DNA of 64,000 nucleotides from Schizochytrium sp. TIO01 (GCA_004764695.1 SMSO01000032.1:4062483-4126482), one strand, 5' to 3'; positions 37,801 to 48,669 are shown, numbered from the stretch's first letter. The notes: generated by a model not told the origin, from the letters alone. Translations and numbers: made by a program.

Positions 37801-40159
37801 AGGTAATTCCATCAGTGGTATAAGGGGATAGCTGCATCGTAACTTGGAAACAGTCCTTTCTCGACGAAATACAAAATGTTGTGATCTTTTTACCGAAGAG
37901 GGGGGACTTGCCCTCAAGGAAAAACATACTCACAATGCCCTTTAGATGACTTGAAAATGGTGGAACCAAATACTCCATGACTGTTCGTCCAATCAACTTT
38001 TGACTGACGTTCTGCAGGACGTATGCTGCATCTGAGTTCACGTAGGATATTTCACCAAAGCCAGATCCATGTTGAGTTGCTTCACTGATTTCAAATACTA
38101 CCACTGGCTCAAACTTATGCAGGGACTTCTCATCTCCAGTGTGAGCACCGCGATCTTCATCAAATGAAATTGCTCTTGACATTGCATGTTGCCCTGCAGT
38201 CCGATCATTCACGACATCGTTTAAAAACCCACTATAGAGCCGAAGAACACGGGCTTGCTTTGGCTGGAGACGTGTTAGGCGCAAATATGCTGCTTGTGCT
38301 TTTGCAGAGTACTCAGCGACAACTTTTGCGAGAGACTGAACTCTTGACATATCCGGATGTGACACTGATAATTCGTTCCAGAATTCGAGGAGATGATAGC
38401 AGGATTGACGGTCATAATTCTTTGCCTCCCGTTCGTACTTTTCGCTTGCGACGAAGGAAACAACTTCTTTTCCAGTTGATACATTGTGCTTGATTTCTGA
38501 CTGCAACTTAATAAGACCAAACTCTAGATCAAACCAAGGCTTACGACGAACAGCTATAAGGATTGCTTTCCTACTCAGCACTACGCCCTGCTCTTTTTCA
38601 AAAAATGTTTTGAAGAAATAGATCATGAACATAGGAAGTTGTGCTGAGGTTGGATACTGAGAAATGGCGCTCTCATAGAGTTTTTGGACCTTGTTCAGAA
38701 CTCGGTCTTGTTTTCTTCTGCGATGGCCCGCATTTCGATCCTCATGAGCATCCAAAGTTTGGTTAGCATTGGAGAACATAGGCTTGCTCTCATCATCATC
38801 ACTCTCATCCTCACTGCTGTCTGGATCTCCATCTATGTCTTTGTTTAAAACTTCGTTATCTTTCAGAAGCGGGTTTACTAATGAAGCTCGATGGCTCTCT
38901 TTAGCAAAAAGCGGATGGTGGTCACGTAAATAAGTACGTATTTTGAGCTCAAACTCATATGCATTCTTTAGGCGGTAGATCGGCTTCTTTGTCAAGCTGC
39001 GCTTTCGAAATTCCAATGTAAATAAGGTCAAAGGAATCACAAGAACTACACCTGCAACTAAGGCGACTGAGACGTCTAGAGAAGCCGTGTCAGACTCCGG
39101 AGATACCACAACTTTAATCCAGCGGATAAACATTGTGCAAGAAAACCACAGTAAAGTTGTCGAAGTTGCACCAGCCAGAGCATTCATTCTGTAGTGGTAA
39201 TAAGGTTGATACCAAATGAAGAGATAAGCTAGAGCAGACGCAAAAAACATAAGGACTGCATGGCGACTGAATTCTGCTGGAGTCGAGTTACGTAACGAAG
39301 AATTAATATCCCAAACTGAATGAACTGCAGAAAGAACGATTTTCGATAAAATGTTAAACACTGTGATTCGAGTGTGAGCTGACGCATGTGGAGAGTCCGA
39401 GGTGAGAATAGGATCAAAATATGTCGAACCAATTGCAAGGGCGAGCAATATGTAGAATGCTGATAAAACAAAGACTAGCGGTTGCCAGGCCGAACAATTT
39501 AAGTCAAAGTTGGAGCAACTGAACATCAAAGCTAGAAGCTGAATTGTTGGAATGAAAGCTAAACCAATGAGCACAGATGCCTGCAAGCGTAACATCTTAA
39601 TTGGCCATAGAACATTGAATGTGTTTGACCAGCCGTAAGCAACATACAGAGCATTCGAGAGTATTAAGATAACAGCACTGACGGTCAAGTACAAACATAT
39701 TTCGTATCCTAGGAGATAAATAAGCAAATTACTGACATCAGAAAAGAAGACTATGGTCTGCACAATGTTACTTGAGTCAGGAATGTTTCCAGTTGCAGCA
39801 TTTAAGTCGCCAGAGTCAAGCAAAGGTGATAGAGCAAATGTAAAAAGCTGGATACTCTCAATAACAATACTTAGCTGAGCTGACGAATGTGACTTACTAC
39901 ATTCGCGAGAAAGAAGTAGTAACACTCCTGCTGCAGCATCCTTCGCATGCGTGTATGTTTTTTCTAACCAATCAAAGAAGCTCTCTTGCTTGCCAACTTT
40001 GTGTAAAGTATCCCCTGATGATGACGTCAAGGCGGTGTCGCTGCCATCCTGTGCAGCAGCTGCAACGTTTGATTCGCTATCTACATCAGTACCATCGTTG
40101 CTCTGGGTCGGCATATTGTCCTCCTCTGAGTTAATTCTGCGTCGCATCACTCCAGACAT
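34853..40159 (-). CDS. TmcB/TmcC-like large polytopic membrane protein with PAS domain(s), paralog A (~1768 aa)
   Basis: Intact ORF; N-terminal multi-TM block, helical TPR-like region (RVLRLYSGFLNDVVND), PAS-like segment (GEISYVNSDAAYVLQ...KLIGRTVMEYLVPPF), two TM-ectodomain-TM modules; ATG 40159 follows a probable 5'UTR splice acceptor. Confidence 0.8.
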   Translation of the reverse strand: MSGVMRRRINSEEDNMPTQSNDGTDVDSESNVAAAAQDGSDTALTSSSGDTLHKVGKQESFFDWLEKTYTHAKDAAAGVLLLLSRECSKSHSSAQLSIVIESIQLFTFALSPLLDSGDLNAATGNIPDSSNIVQTIVFFSDVSNLLIYLLGYEICLYLTVSAVILILSNALYVAYGWSNTFNVLWPIKMLRLQASVLIGLAFIPTIQLLALMFSCSNFDLNCSAWQPLVFVLSAFYILLALAIGSTYFDPILTSDSPHASAHTRITVFNILSKIVLSAVHSVWDINSSLRNSTPAEFSRHAVLMFFASALAYLFIWYQPYYHYRMNALAGATSTTLLWFSCTMFIRWIKVVVSPESDTASLDVSVALVAGVVLVIPLTLFTLEFRKRSLTKKPIYRLKNAYEFELKIRTYLRDHHPLFAKESHRASLVNPLLKDNEVLNKDIDGDPDSSEDESDDDESKPMFSNANQTLDAHEDRNAGHRRRKQDRVLNKVQKLYESAISQYPTSAQLPMFMIYFFKTFFEKEQGVVLSRKAILIAVRRKPWFDLEFGLIKLQSEIKHNVSTGKEVVSFVASEKYEREAKNYDRQSCYHLLEFWNELSVSHPDMSRVQSLAKVVAEYSAKAQAAYLRLTRLQPKQARVLRLYSGFLNDVVNDRTAGQHAMSRAISFDEDRGAHTGDEKSLHKFEPVVVFEISEATQHGSGFGEISYVNSDAAYVLQNVSQKLIGRTVMEYLVPPFSSHLKGIVSMFFLEGKSPLFGKKITTFCISSRKDCFQVTMQLSPYTTDGITFTMFLSFVPDEQSLKDAQFGFGEDIANQGFFLFSKDYEGGRIIAASDAGSFLLEKFTTLLDMHNMLFGSSIDLKDIIEDPELVVDQCLLSGGFVKCQFANLREEFVDELDVIEMKVESFDYEGFSMDKITIRVVTKLAAQLMPSRRGSSDTNGMDSNSIDSDGISEVSDNLEEEGGDKLTYLNTSLALGEANLTKANPKSPGSKSGSSVGSKESAGSQSTVAGMYLRRLLQAEGTGKKMSPQLQRLSVVYVICLMVVLLFSIVYYVIQERNLENFASEVTFLNRAGYRRFNTISLAYCTHLLMLKNLGIVLPETISESYLREELSSNLDSLREIEQIAFSMRDMSTDLQGVYGSKGVQLSVLSNSESSDIHTTMYDATSIIAGAAATLINTPLEEFTIDNVNVHMLLTQIYDTDSYLDIVNRTTFLFQDLAQSEIQSLIPFFWISMGVSSFMQILLLAYFIWPLVKLVERNKMEVLEVLKSIPPKSISTISVRCRKRLLEVHEVANEVLESQLGGNSSWDAERKNNSDKESSKKAAKRSPKKEAELRLVQAAARVQTVENVGATMSIKEVTEEENGGDSGKGFEKSSERKHSDSRTSNFDPNTFVGWVMEDRYEEDDWGEEYIVPTDAFRGCLRVFVRVYLNFLARINNIRSAIRRRRALQQANTSIVVPLERQDTDGRLESRLRHARSDMVAQLKILAKMAVPALAAFIFYVFNYTLGFYLNIGYLLQVPTSVNYSGLRRATLRLLKHILFVYLAGTEMSAGPTYAATLQNVSQTSAMFKHVMHVLFEGSSNNKDTSNGLLQSNNDPLQIVLLLENGCYNWPGDNITVCEEYRHGVVAGGVLDATRQFLQELNEEMNVLAPMNRSESLVNQTILSSTLQELLKLEENFLQVQFTTSVKLYVSEVTSQLTSDRTTRHVILAVYLSMTFGVYFFLVRGIIRSLDNELKRTRRLLLMVPEELYNRLPSLRRFITKEFKIGRKRR

Positions 40160-42410
40160 CCCCGGCTCCTGCACGCAGGAACCAAAGGAAAGAGCTTATG
40201 CGAGCAGACCTTGCCAGAACTACTTGTCTTTGGTTATGATATTTAGACAGAAGCACATAAATAAGCTGGTTTGGACCTTTTCAGAGGAATACTATATACC
40301 CTACATCACTTTAACTTCATACTCGCTCTTTCTTTTCGCATTTAACAGTTCGGATACTAGAATGCTACCCCATAAGAATGCGATAACTCAATACTTTACT
40401 AATCAACAATTTGCACGTTAGAGTTTGGAAGCAAGGTGGGCTGTCGTCCCAATCATACCTCTCCACAGCAACAGTCATGACACGTTTAACCTAAACCCAC
40501 TCTTATAGTTTTTGGAAACCCTCGGATCTTAGTTCTCTGAGTCCAGAATCACAACTCATGTTTCAATGTTTTTTTTTGTTTTTTTGTTTTTTTCATTTAG
40601 AAACTTCTTCATTTTTGCATAGGGAAAGAACCGTTGAATTCGAGTAAAGAGAACATATTTGTTTATGGCTTGATTACTGCAACTAAAGCTATCAGTGTTC
40701 AGAAAACGTTCATCACAATCGCCCAGGTGCTCGCGTGTTCATTAATTGTTTAAACTTCCATTGCGAGGCGCCTGGCTCTTAGCTTTAGCCATCCTAGCGC
40801 TTGCAAACAAGCACGCATAATCATGATAGACTCTCTTTGTTCTGATATTAAAAAAATAGTTGATGTTCTATCACACAGCATACGAGCTTTCATAAAAATT
40901 TATGAACTTGGGGTAAGTGTAATGAGCTCGAAGAGGTACACTAGAGTACCCAGATGAATTCATTGAATTGAACAGATAAAGTTCTGAAATAATACTTTGG
41001 TACTAGTTGACACTTTGATTGTATCAGCAAGTTTCATTTTCCGTTATTGGCAATGTTGGGTTTGCCTTATGTCTATAAACCTTATTAAAAGGGAAAAAAG
41101 AAACCGCCGTCTATAGACACCCCTAATAGATTATCCGTTAAATCTCTTCGAGCTCAAGACCTGAATTAACATTTAGTATATAATACATTAAACGAAGAAA
41201 CGGTTTAGCAAGGCACGGAAACGGGGCTTGCCATTCTACATCGATACAATGTATGAGTGTATACAGCGACACCAGTAGCCTCTCTACGGCAACCATGCAC
41301 CTCTTTTTTTCGCAGTTTCTATTTATTTATTTATTTATTGGTTTGAGGTAAACCATCCCTCAGCTCCTTGCAAGTCTGTTTTTGTTTTGTTTTGTTTTTT
41401 ATAATTAAATAAAACAATATATGATAGTCAATTAAATAGCTATTCTACTAATCCTATATATTTGACAAATTAATTATATAGATTAAAAATATTTTAAAAT
41501 TGTTTTGCAATAAAGTTGAATCACTGGTAGATAGGAATAATGATTGAATTCAAATTTACATGTTGTACACAAGGATCGACAGTTTTTATGGAAGAATTTA
41601 AGGTTCAATTTAGGTTCATTGACGCACTATATGTCACCATTCCCTAACACCACAAGTAAGAGAGAGGCTGGTAAGTAAACAGTACATTCAAGATTGGAGT
41701 GGTCGGTAAATTCCCTCTATGTGACCGTTAAATATCAATACGAGGGATAATTTGATGCCAATGACTGTAGTATAGCCGTTACGATGCGAAGAAGAAACTG
41801 TCTATCTAGTAGATCGGTTATGTCTTATATCGGTATCGCGAATCCTATGAAAGATTTTCTTCTTCAGCACAAATGGTAACTCTAGGGCTTAAATCTGATA
41901 TTCATGAATATTCTGAATTACATTTTTTCTGTGTTTGAAGACAATTTTTTATTGAAGATTTAAGTAATATTTGACCTAGTAAAGTATAAGTCGATGCTAG
42001 TTCATGTTATCTGTTGTTCTCTTTTCGTTTTCTTCTGTCTTCGTATTCATGATGTAGGTAGTTTCTAAATATTAAAATATTAGGATTGCATATATTGCAG
42101 CATAACATCGAACGACAGTGCTGCTTGCAAGTCCCAAACATTTTGACGAGCCCGCTCTTGAGCCGGACGATAGGCTCGTTGAGCTGAGGCAGAGGCTCCC
42201 CTCCCCGCGCTACAGAATACCGGCGGCGTCTGAACGTCATTGGCTCGTGCTAGCCCAGTATTGTCTGCTGCAACTTTTGGTTAGAAGACTTTCATACAAA
42301 AAAAGGAACAGTCTGAAGCTTCAGCATAAGGCTGTAAAGCAAGGAATAGACAGGCAGGCCAGCAGTGAGACAAACTATTCCGGGCAACTTGACCCATATA
42401 GTATAACAAA

Positions 42411-45400
42411 ATGGACGACGAGATTGCCTCTGAACTCATGCTCCATGCTGACGATAATGACAATGAAATCTTTGAGCAAGGCCCATTTTCTAAGAAACAG
42501 GATTCAAGCGACGCAGAGGACACTTGGGCAGAGTTTCTCGAAAAATCCTATTACAAAGCTAAAGATTTAGCAATTGGCGTCTTGTTACTCTTATCTGAGC
42601 AAAATGGTATTTCAATTTTTTCAACAAAAGCGGGCATATCTCTCATGACATTACAGTCCATCACTTACGTACTGACGCCACTGGCTCAGGGGGATATTTC
42701 TTCAGAGGACTCAATTCGTCTCTTCCTGTCTTCTATCGTATACTATGCCAATTTGACACATGTGCTGATTGCTGCAATCTCTTTCCGGGTGCTTTGTTAC
42801 ATGGTTCTTGCAGCAGTCTTCCTCACTTTTGGTCTCTCTATCTTTGTAAGCTATCGCAAACTTTCAGGAGCAAACAATGCTGGGACATGGTCAGTGAAAT
42901 TACTTCGACGAACAGCTACATTCATGGGCGGCGTTGCATGGATGCCCATGAACGATGTCTTTGTTACAGTAGTTCTTGCTGGTGACGCTACGACAGTAGG
43001 TGCGACATCTGGCGTTCGAATTTTGAGTGCAGTACTTTACTTCATCTTCCTAACATGTGTATTGGTGACAGTTAGCACAACCTACGACCCACTCCTCACT
43101 TCTGAATCTGCCATGGCATGCGCCCATACCCGAATTTCAGTGCTGGAACGGGTTGTGATGTGGGTGTGGAGTACTTCAAGTACATGCTGGTCTATCTATT
43201 CATTGTATGATGATACAACTTTGGAAATGATTCGAATGCTTTTCCTGTTTGCGTCAAGTTTCATTTTCGCTTATTTGTTCATCTACTATCAACCGTTTTA
43301 CAAGCGAACAGTAAATCGCTGGCATGCTGTAAGCCATATGTTGATTATGTGGTTTAGCATTGGTATGTTGGTGCGCTCACTAAAAAGTTACATTCTCAAC
43401 ATCGAGCTTACCTATTCGGACTTTGATGCCGCAGTTCTAATTGTATTTGGGGTACCACTAATACCCCCTCTTACTCACTTTCTAATGCACAATCGAATCC
43501 GAAAGTTATGCCAAACAGATACATTTCGCATTCGCAATGCTTTCGAGCTGGAGTTGAAAATGCGTACATATCTTTTTGACAATCACCCTACCCTTCGCGA
43601 TGATCCTGAGAAATTTCAAGCTCACAAAGATAGTCTCATTTCAAATGAGCTTGACATAAATGATGCAGTTACTATATACGAGGATTCTGGACTTGCCCAA
43701 TTATGGACTGGCAGTCAAAACAATACATCCAAATCTCAGAACAAACAGAATCCTTTTAATAACCAAGATCGAGAAGAAAGATTGGTTCTTAAACATGTCA
43801 GAAACGTCTATGAAGCTGCCATTGCACAGTATTCTTCATCAGCCATGGTCTGTATTTTTCAAATCCACTTCTATCTTTGCTTTTACCCCAATGAGCGTGG
43901 GACAATTCTCTCAAGGATGCCCTTAATAAAAGCGCGCAATAGAAAACCATACTTTGACCTTGATTTTCGTCTCTTTAAACTCTCAGCACGATTACAAGAG
44001 AACGTATCTACAGGAAGAGATGTGGTTTCTTTTGTCGCGAGTGAAAAGTGCGAACGTGAAGCTAGGTTGTTTGATCGCATGTCGTGTATTCAACTTCTCG
44101 AATTTTGGAAAGAATTTCAGAGCAAGACTCCCGACTTAAGACGTGTTCAAGAACTGAGCAAGCGTGTTTTTGAATACTTCAGCAAAGCTCAAAACTCATA
44201 TCTACGTTTAATCAAGCTCCAGCCAAAATCTGCGCGCCATTTAAATATGTATGGGTCATTTCTAAATGACATTCTTAACGATAAAGCTGGTGGAAGTAAA
44301 GTTTTATACCGCGCCGATGCACTAGAGGAAGAGCGTCAGAAAGGTCCTGTAAGGCATGGACGTAGTATTGACAATATCGGTGAGCGACTAGACCCTGTTC
44401 TAATTTTCGAAATCAATGACTATGGCTCTGAAGAAAGATCAAACTTTGGTGAAATTTCGTACGCAAACAATGATGCTGCATATCTTTTGAATTCTGTCAC
44501 ACATAAACTTGTTGGCCGCAACATCAAGGAATTTCTACTTCCTCCATTTTCGTCGCACATGCACCTCATTGTGGCACACTTTTTCAAAGAAGGATGGTCC
44601 CCCTTTTTTGGTAGAGCTGTGCGGACATTCATGATTACTTCACAGCAACACTTGCTTGAAGTGTCCATGCGTCTCGCACCCTATACCAATGATGGAGTGA
44701 AGTTTACAATCTTCATGAGCTTGAATCCTCTTGAAAACATCACAGAATCCGCAGCACAAGATGAACGTTGGTTCGGGTACATGATTGTAAATGCGACCCA
44801 CGACCAAGGCCGTATCCTTGGAGGGAATTTGGCTTGCTCACAGCTTTTGCAACGCTTCACACACTTGCGAGAAACAGACGCAAATTTATTAGGCACGTCA
44901 CTGGTTGCTGACGACATTATAGAAGATTTTTCCCAGCTTCGCTCTGAGTTGATTGCAGCAGGCGACTCTTGGACTGAAATCGATCTGACGAAAATCAAAG
45001 AGAGCTGGGAGAATCGAATTACCTCAATCACCTGTCAATTAAAGATTTATGAATACGAAGGAATGCAGCTTGACCGAGTTAGCATAGCAGTGACACTTCA
45101 GAGGCAACCTCGGAAAACGACATTTGTCACCTATCAGAACAGTAGCGATAATTTTGGCCTTTCGAGAGATTTCGATGAAGGTGTTGAGTCACCTGATGGA
45201 ATGCAAGCCGATGTGCAATCACCATCTTCTCAGGGATATGCAATGGGAGCGCGAGGTCGCTTCCCATCAAGGGCGCTTTCGTCTTATGCATCTACAGTAC
45301 CAGATAAACGAAACTCAAAAATGTCGGTCATGGGCGCGAATCGTTATGGTAGCGGAAAATCAGCATCTAGCGCTGGCACAGACGAGGGCGCAGCAACTGC

Positions 45401-47399
45401 TTATTTACGGAAGATGCTTCATGAAGAGATGGGTCGACAGCATATGTCGCCGATGCTACAGAGCTTAAGCACAAAATATCTGGCTACAGTATGCTTTGTG
45501 ATTTTATTAGCCGTAATATACTTTGTCATCCAAGAGAAAAGACTCCAGCAGTACGCCGATGAAGTTGACTTTTTGAATAGAGCAGGATTTCGCAGATTTA
45601 CGTCTGTCTCCTTAGCGTATTGTGTCCATTGTATGTACCTCATCAACATTGGCCATGCTCTCCCTGCTGGAATTACCGAGACCTATCTCAGGAGTGAGCT
45701 GGCTACTCAAGCAACTACTCTGAAAACCATTGATTTGGAAAGCTTCGGCCAGAGGTCTAAAGATACGAGCTTATGGTTATCTTATACATCTGATAACACT
45801 GAGTTACTGGAGTATATTCTCGGCGAGCCACAGACAAGCTTCCAGTCACTATTTGAGGCCACTTCGTACCTTACGAGTATTGCACATCAACTTTCAGAAG
45901 CTCCACTTAGTGACTTCACGTTAGATAATCCAAAGGTGTACTTGATGTTGAATCAAATAAATGGCGACACAGCATACCTGCAAGATTTGAATCGGACCAC
46001 ATTCGAGTACACAACTCTGGCTGAAAGTCGCATCACAAGCATGGTTCCAGTTTTCCTAGTGGCATTATCATTTGCTCTTTTCTTGCAGGTCACTCTACTG
46101 ATCATATTCATTGCTCCCCTCGTACTAATGATTGAGCGCAACAAGGTTGAAGTTCTGCATGTATTGCGCTCTATTCCTCCTTATTCTATTGGCACTATAT
46201 CTTCGAAATGTAAAACGCGCTTGCAAGATGTACATGATGTGTCACACGAAGCGCTGGCAGCTCAATTCGGAAAACAAGGCCCTTCAGAAAGCCGTTCCAA
46301 AAATAAAAAGAAAAGTAAGAGTAGTTCTGCTAGACGCGCTCGGATTGCTCGAAAAGCGCTCATGACAGTGCTCCTGCAAAGGTTCACTTGTTGTAGACGT
46401 CTCTCAAATCGTTTCTCTGAATGGCGCAAAAAGGGTAACTCCGTAGTTCCTATGCCTGCAATTGGAGCAGAGAGAGGAAATAACAATGGTAGTATGAAAA
46501 TGCCCAAATATGGGATGGATTATAGCCAAGTATCAATGCCATGGAAGCTTCTTTTAAAGCTTTCGTTGCCTGGAAATCTTGCGTTGATTTTCTATGGACT
46601 CAACTTTGAAGTTGGATTTTTCCATCAAATTAGTTATTTGCTTCATATTCCATACTCAGTCAACCTTGGAGGTCTACGCCGTGCCACTTTGCGGCTTTTC
46701 AAACATACCCTTTTAATGTACTTCGCAGGAACATCATTTTCACAGGAACCTCGCTTTGCTGTAAACTTGACCAACGTGACGCACGTCATGTCTATGTTTA
46801 CAGATGTGAACGATGCTCTTTTCAACGGACGAGATCAATATGGTGGTTTAATCGAGTATGCTGCCTCTGAACCTGGACAAGTTACCCTAATATTGGAGAA
46901 TGGGTGTTACAACTGGCGTCAACTCACCGGGAAGCCAACAGAAAGTGACTGCGAAGCATACATGCAAGGTGTGATGGAGGGTGGTCTCTCGGCGGCAAGC
47001 TTTCAATTTATTGAAGGGCTTAAAGCGTTGCTAGGAGCATTTGAGGAGACCAATAAGACTGAAGTAGATATATTCTTCAACACTACAGAGATGAACGAAT
47101 TGCTTACTCTTGAAGAGGACTACCTTCAAAACCAATTCACTACATCTGTTCTTCTTTATATTACAGGAATCACAAACAGTTTGGAGAATGGAAAAACCAA
47201 GAGAAATGTTATCTTAGCGCTGTTCCTCATTCTGATATCGATTCTGTACATTTTTGTGGTTCGGGATGTTCTCCGTACTTTAGATCAAACACTTCGGCGA
47301 ACCCGCCGTTTGCTTCTGATGGTTCCTGAAGAACTATTCGGTCGTTTACCAATCCTCAGAGACTTTGTGCAGAGAGAGTTCAAGAAGAACCGGATATAA
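42411..47399 (+). CDS. TmcB/TmcC-like large polytopic membrane protein with PAS domain(s), paralog B (1662 aa)
   Basis: Collinear similarity to paralog A, e.g. STGRDVVSFVASEKCEREA vs STGKEVVSFVASEKYEREA, and RTRRLLLMVPEEL in both. Confidence 0.8.
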   Translation: MDDEIASELMLHADDNDNEIFEQGPFSKKQDSSDAEDTWAEFLEKSYYKAKDLAIGVLLLLSEQNGISIFSTKAGISLMTLQSITYVLTPLAQGDISSEDSIRLFLSSIVYYANLTHVLIAAISFRVLCYMVLAAVFLTFGLSIFVSYRKLSGANNAGTWSVKLLRRTATFMGGVAWMPMNDVFVTVVLAGDATTVGATSGVRILSAVLYFIFLTCVLVTVSTTYDPLLTSESAMACAHTRISVLERVVMWVWSTSSTCWSIYSLYDDTTLEMIRMLFLFASSFIFAYLFIYYQPFYKRTVNRWHAVSHMLIMWFSIGMLVRSLKSYILNIELTYSDFDAAVLIVFGVPLIPPLTHFLMHNRIRKLCQTDTFRIRNAFELELKMRTYLFDNHPTLRDDPEKFQAHKDSLISNELDINDAVTIYEDSGLAQLWTGSQNNTSKSQNKQNPFNNQDREERLVLKHVRNVYEAAIAQYSSSAMVCIFQIHFYLCFYPNERGTILSRMPLIKARNRKPYFDLDFRLFKLSARLQENVSTGRDVVSFVASEKCEREARLFDRMSCIQLLEFWKEFQSKTPDLRRVQELSKRVFEYFSKAQNSYLRLIKLQPKSARHLNMYGSFLNDILNDKAGGSKVLYRADALEEERQKGPVRHGRSIDNIGERLDPVLIFEINDYGSEERSNFGEISYANNDAAYLLNSVTHKLVGRNIKEFLLPPFSSHMHLIVAHFFKEGWSPFFGRAVRTFMITSQQHLLEVSMRLAPYTNDGVKFTIFMSLNPLENITESAAQDERWFGYMIVNATHDQGRILGGNLACSQLLQRFTHLRETDANLLGTSLVADDIIEDFSQLRSELIAAGDSWTEIDLTKIKESWENRITSITCQLKIYEYEGMQLDRVSIAVTLQRQPRKTTFVTYQNSSDNFGLSRDFDEGVESPDGMQADVQSPSSQGYAMGARGRFPSRALSSYASTVPDKRNSKMSVMGANRYGSGKSASSAGTDEGAATAYLRKMLHEEMGRQHMSPMLQSLSTKYLATVCFVILLAVIYFVIQEKRLQQYADEVDFLNRAGFRRFTSVSLAYCVHCMYLINIGHALPAGITETYLRSELATQATTLKTIDLESFGQRSKDTSLWLSYTSDNTELLEYILGEPQTSFQSLFEATSYLTSIAHQLSEAPLSDFTLDNPKVYLMLNQINGDTAYLQDLNRTTFEYTTLAESRITSMVPVFLVALSFALFLQVTLLIIFIAPLVLMIERNKVEVLHVLRSIPPYSIGTISSKCKTRLQDVHDVSHEALAAQFGKQGPSESRSKNKKKSKSSSARRARIARKALMTVLLQRFTCCRRLSNRFSEWRKKGNSVVPMPAIGAERGNNNGSMKMPKYGMDYSQVSMPWKLLLKLSLPGNLALIFYGLNFEVGFFHQISYLLHIPYSVNLGGLRRATLRLFKHTLLMYFAGTSFSQEPRFAVNLTNVTHVMSMFTDVNDALFNGRDQYGGLIEYAASEPGQVTLILENGCYNWRQLTGKPTESDCEAYMQGVMEGGLSAASFQFIEGLKALLGAFEETNKTEVDIFFNTTEMNELLTLEEDYLQNQFTTSVLLYITGITNSLENGKTKRNVILALFLILISILYIFVVRDVLRTLDQTLRRTRRLLLMVPEELFGRLPILRDFVQREFKKNRI

Positions 47400-47706
47400 A
47401 TATTTTCAGCAGCAGTTAGAAGTGCAGGACTACCCATGGCAATGAGGAGCGGTTTTGCATCAACTTCCACGTGGCAATAGATACATGTAAGCAAACAAGG
47501 GTACATCATTTCTAACATAGAAAAAAAAATATTAAAAAATGTTGCTTTCCTACCATCCGAATGACATCTTAGTGTAATATATATTTGACATAAATTTAGT
47601 TGGCGGCAGGCTGCTCGAGATGATGTCATTTCAAAAGGGTCTGTCATTTCGCAATGATGTGTTTGTTAATTGAATTGTCATCACTACTGTATAAACTTTA
47701 AACATG

Positions 47707-48669
47707 TCACGATGTTGAAGCAAACTCCCCACTGTGTGCAGTATCTCCAGCTTTGATAGAGTCCATAAGTCTTGCTACCTCGCTCTTGATTGCTTCCAAT
47801 TGTGAAAATGCTAGATTTTTATCTGATTCATCCGCAAGTTTAGACACAAGGTTGGGATCAGAGAGGTCCAATGTTTTGGCGCCGAAACTTAGCGCAAATG
47901 AGGTCGGATCCTGGGCAAGCTTTGAAGTACTTCGTGGTGGCTTACCTGGAGTATCAGTGGCAACAAGCGGCGAACCGTTTACAGACATGATACTCTCACC
48001 ACGGCGCATAGGTCTTGCGTGCTTCTCGCCGGCTACAGCAGTGGCTGGGGTATTCATAACAGAGAAATCAAATTTTGGCGTACTGAAGGGCGCGAGCCCT
48101 CCTTCTCCTGTCCCGCGAAGTGGCGTACTAAGAGGTACATCAGTAGAGGCAATATTTTGTTGTTGCTTCATCGTATTAGTGTGGGCTCCCAGTGCGGCAC
48201 GGTTGCGAAGGCCAAGGGACGATCCTGGAGTCGTGGTGAAGCGGGGGACAGAGCCTTTCGCAGCGTTTCGCATAGACATGCTTCGTTGAACAGCTTTTGC
48301 AGATTGTAAAACCACGGCACTTGGAGAAAGTGTTCCGTTTGCGCTGAGTCCAGTCGATTCAAGAACACGCTGCCGGTCTTGTTCCAAAACGGCGTTGATT
48401 TGCCCTCCGTACTTGTTACAAAACTCTCGCACATTCATGGAACGAATAGTCTTAGGGAGCATCAGCAGCTCGTTCTTGTAGGCCATCCTGACATTATTAG
48501 CAGCATTCTCTGCTTCAAACATTGTCGTTTGACACCTTGCTTCAAAGTTGACCTCGAGATCTTCAAGAAATGCTATTACGTCGCTCTCATCCATGACTCC
48601 ATTTTTTCGCACAGGAACAGTGCCGGCTTTTTTCTTCGCCTGCCTTGTCTGTTTCTTCTTTGCTGGCAT
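47707..48669 (-). CDS. CDCA8: Borealin/Nbl1 (chromosomal passenger complex subunit), 320 aa
   Basis: N-terminal AFLEDLEVNFEARC...ELLMLPKTIRSMNVREF resembles Nbl1_Borealin_N; SVNGSPL motif; several S/TP CDK-type sites. Confidence 0.75.
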   Translation of the reverse strand: MPAKKKQTRQAKKKAGTVPVRKNGVMDESDVIAFLEDLEVNFEARCQTTMFEAENAANNVRMAYKNELLMLPKTIRSMNVREFCNKYGGQINAVLEQDRQRVLESTGLSANGTLSPSAVVLQSAKAVQRSMSMRNAAKGSVPRFTTTPGSSLGLRNRAALGAHTNTMKQQQNIASTDVPLSTPLRGTGEGGLAPFSTPKFDFSVMNTPATAVAGEKHARPMRRGESIMSVNGSPLVATDTPGKPPRSTSKLAQDPTSFALSFGAKTLDLSDPNLVSKLADESDKNLAFSQLEAIKSEVARLMDSIKAGDTAHSGEFASTS

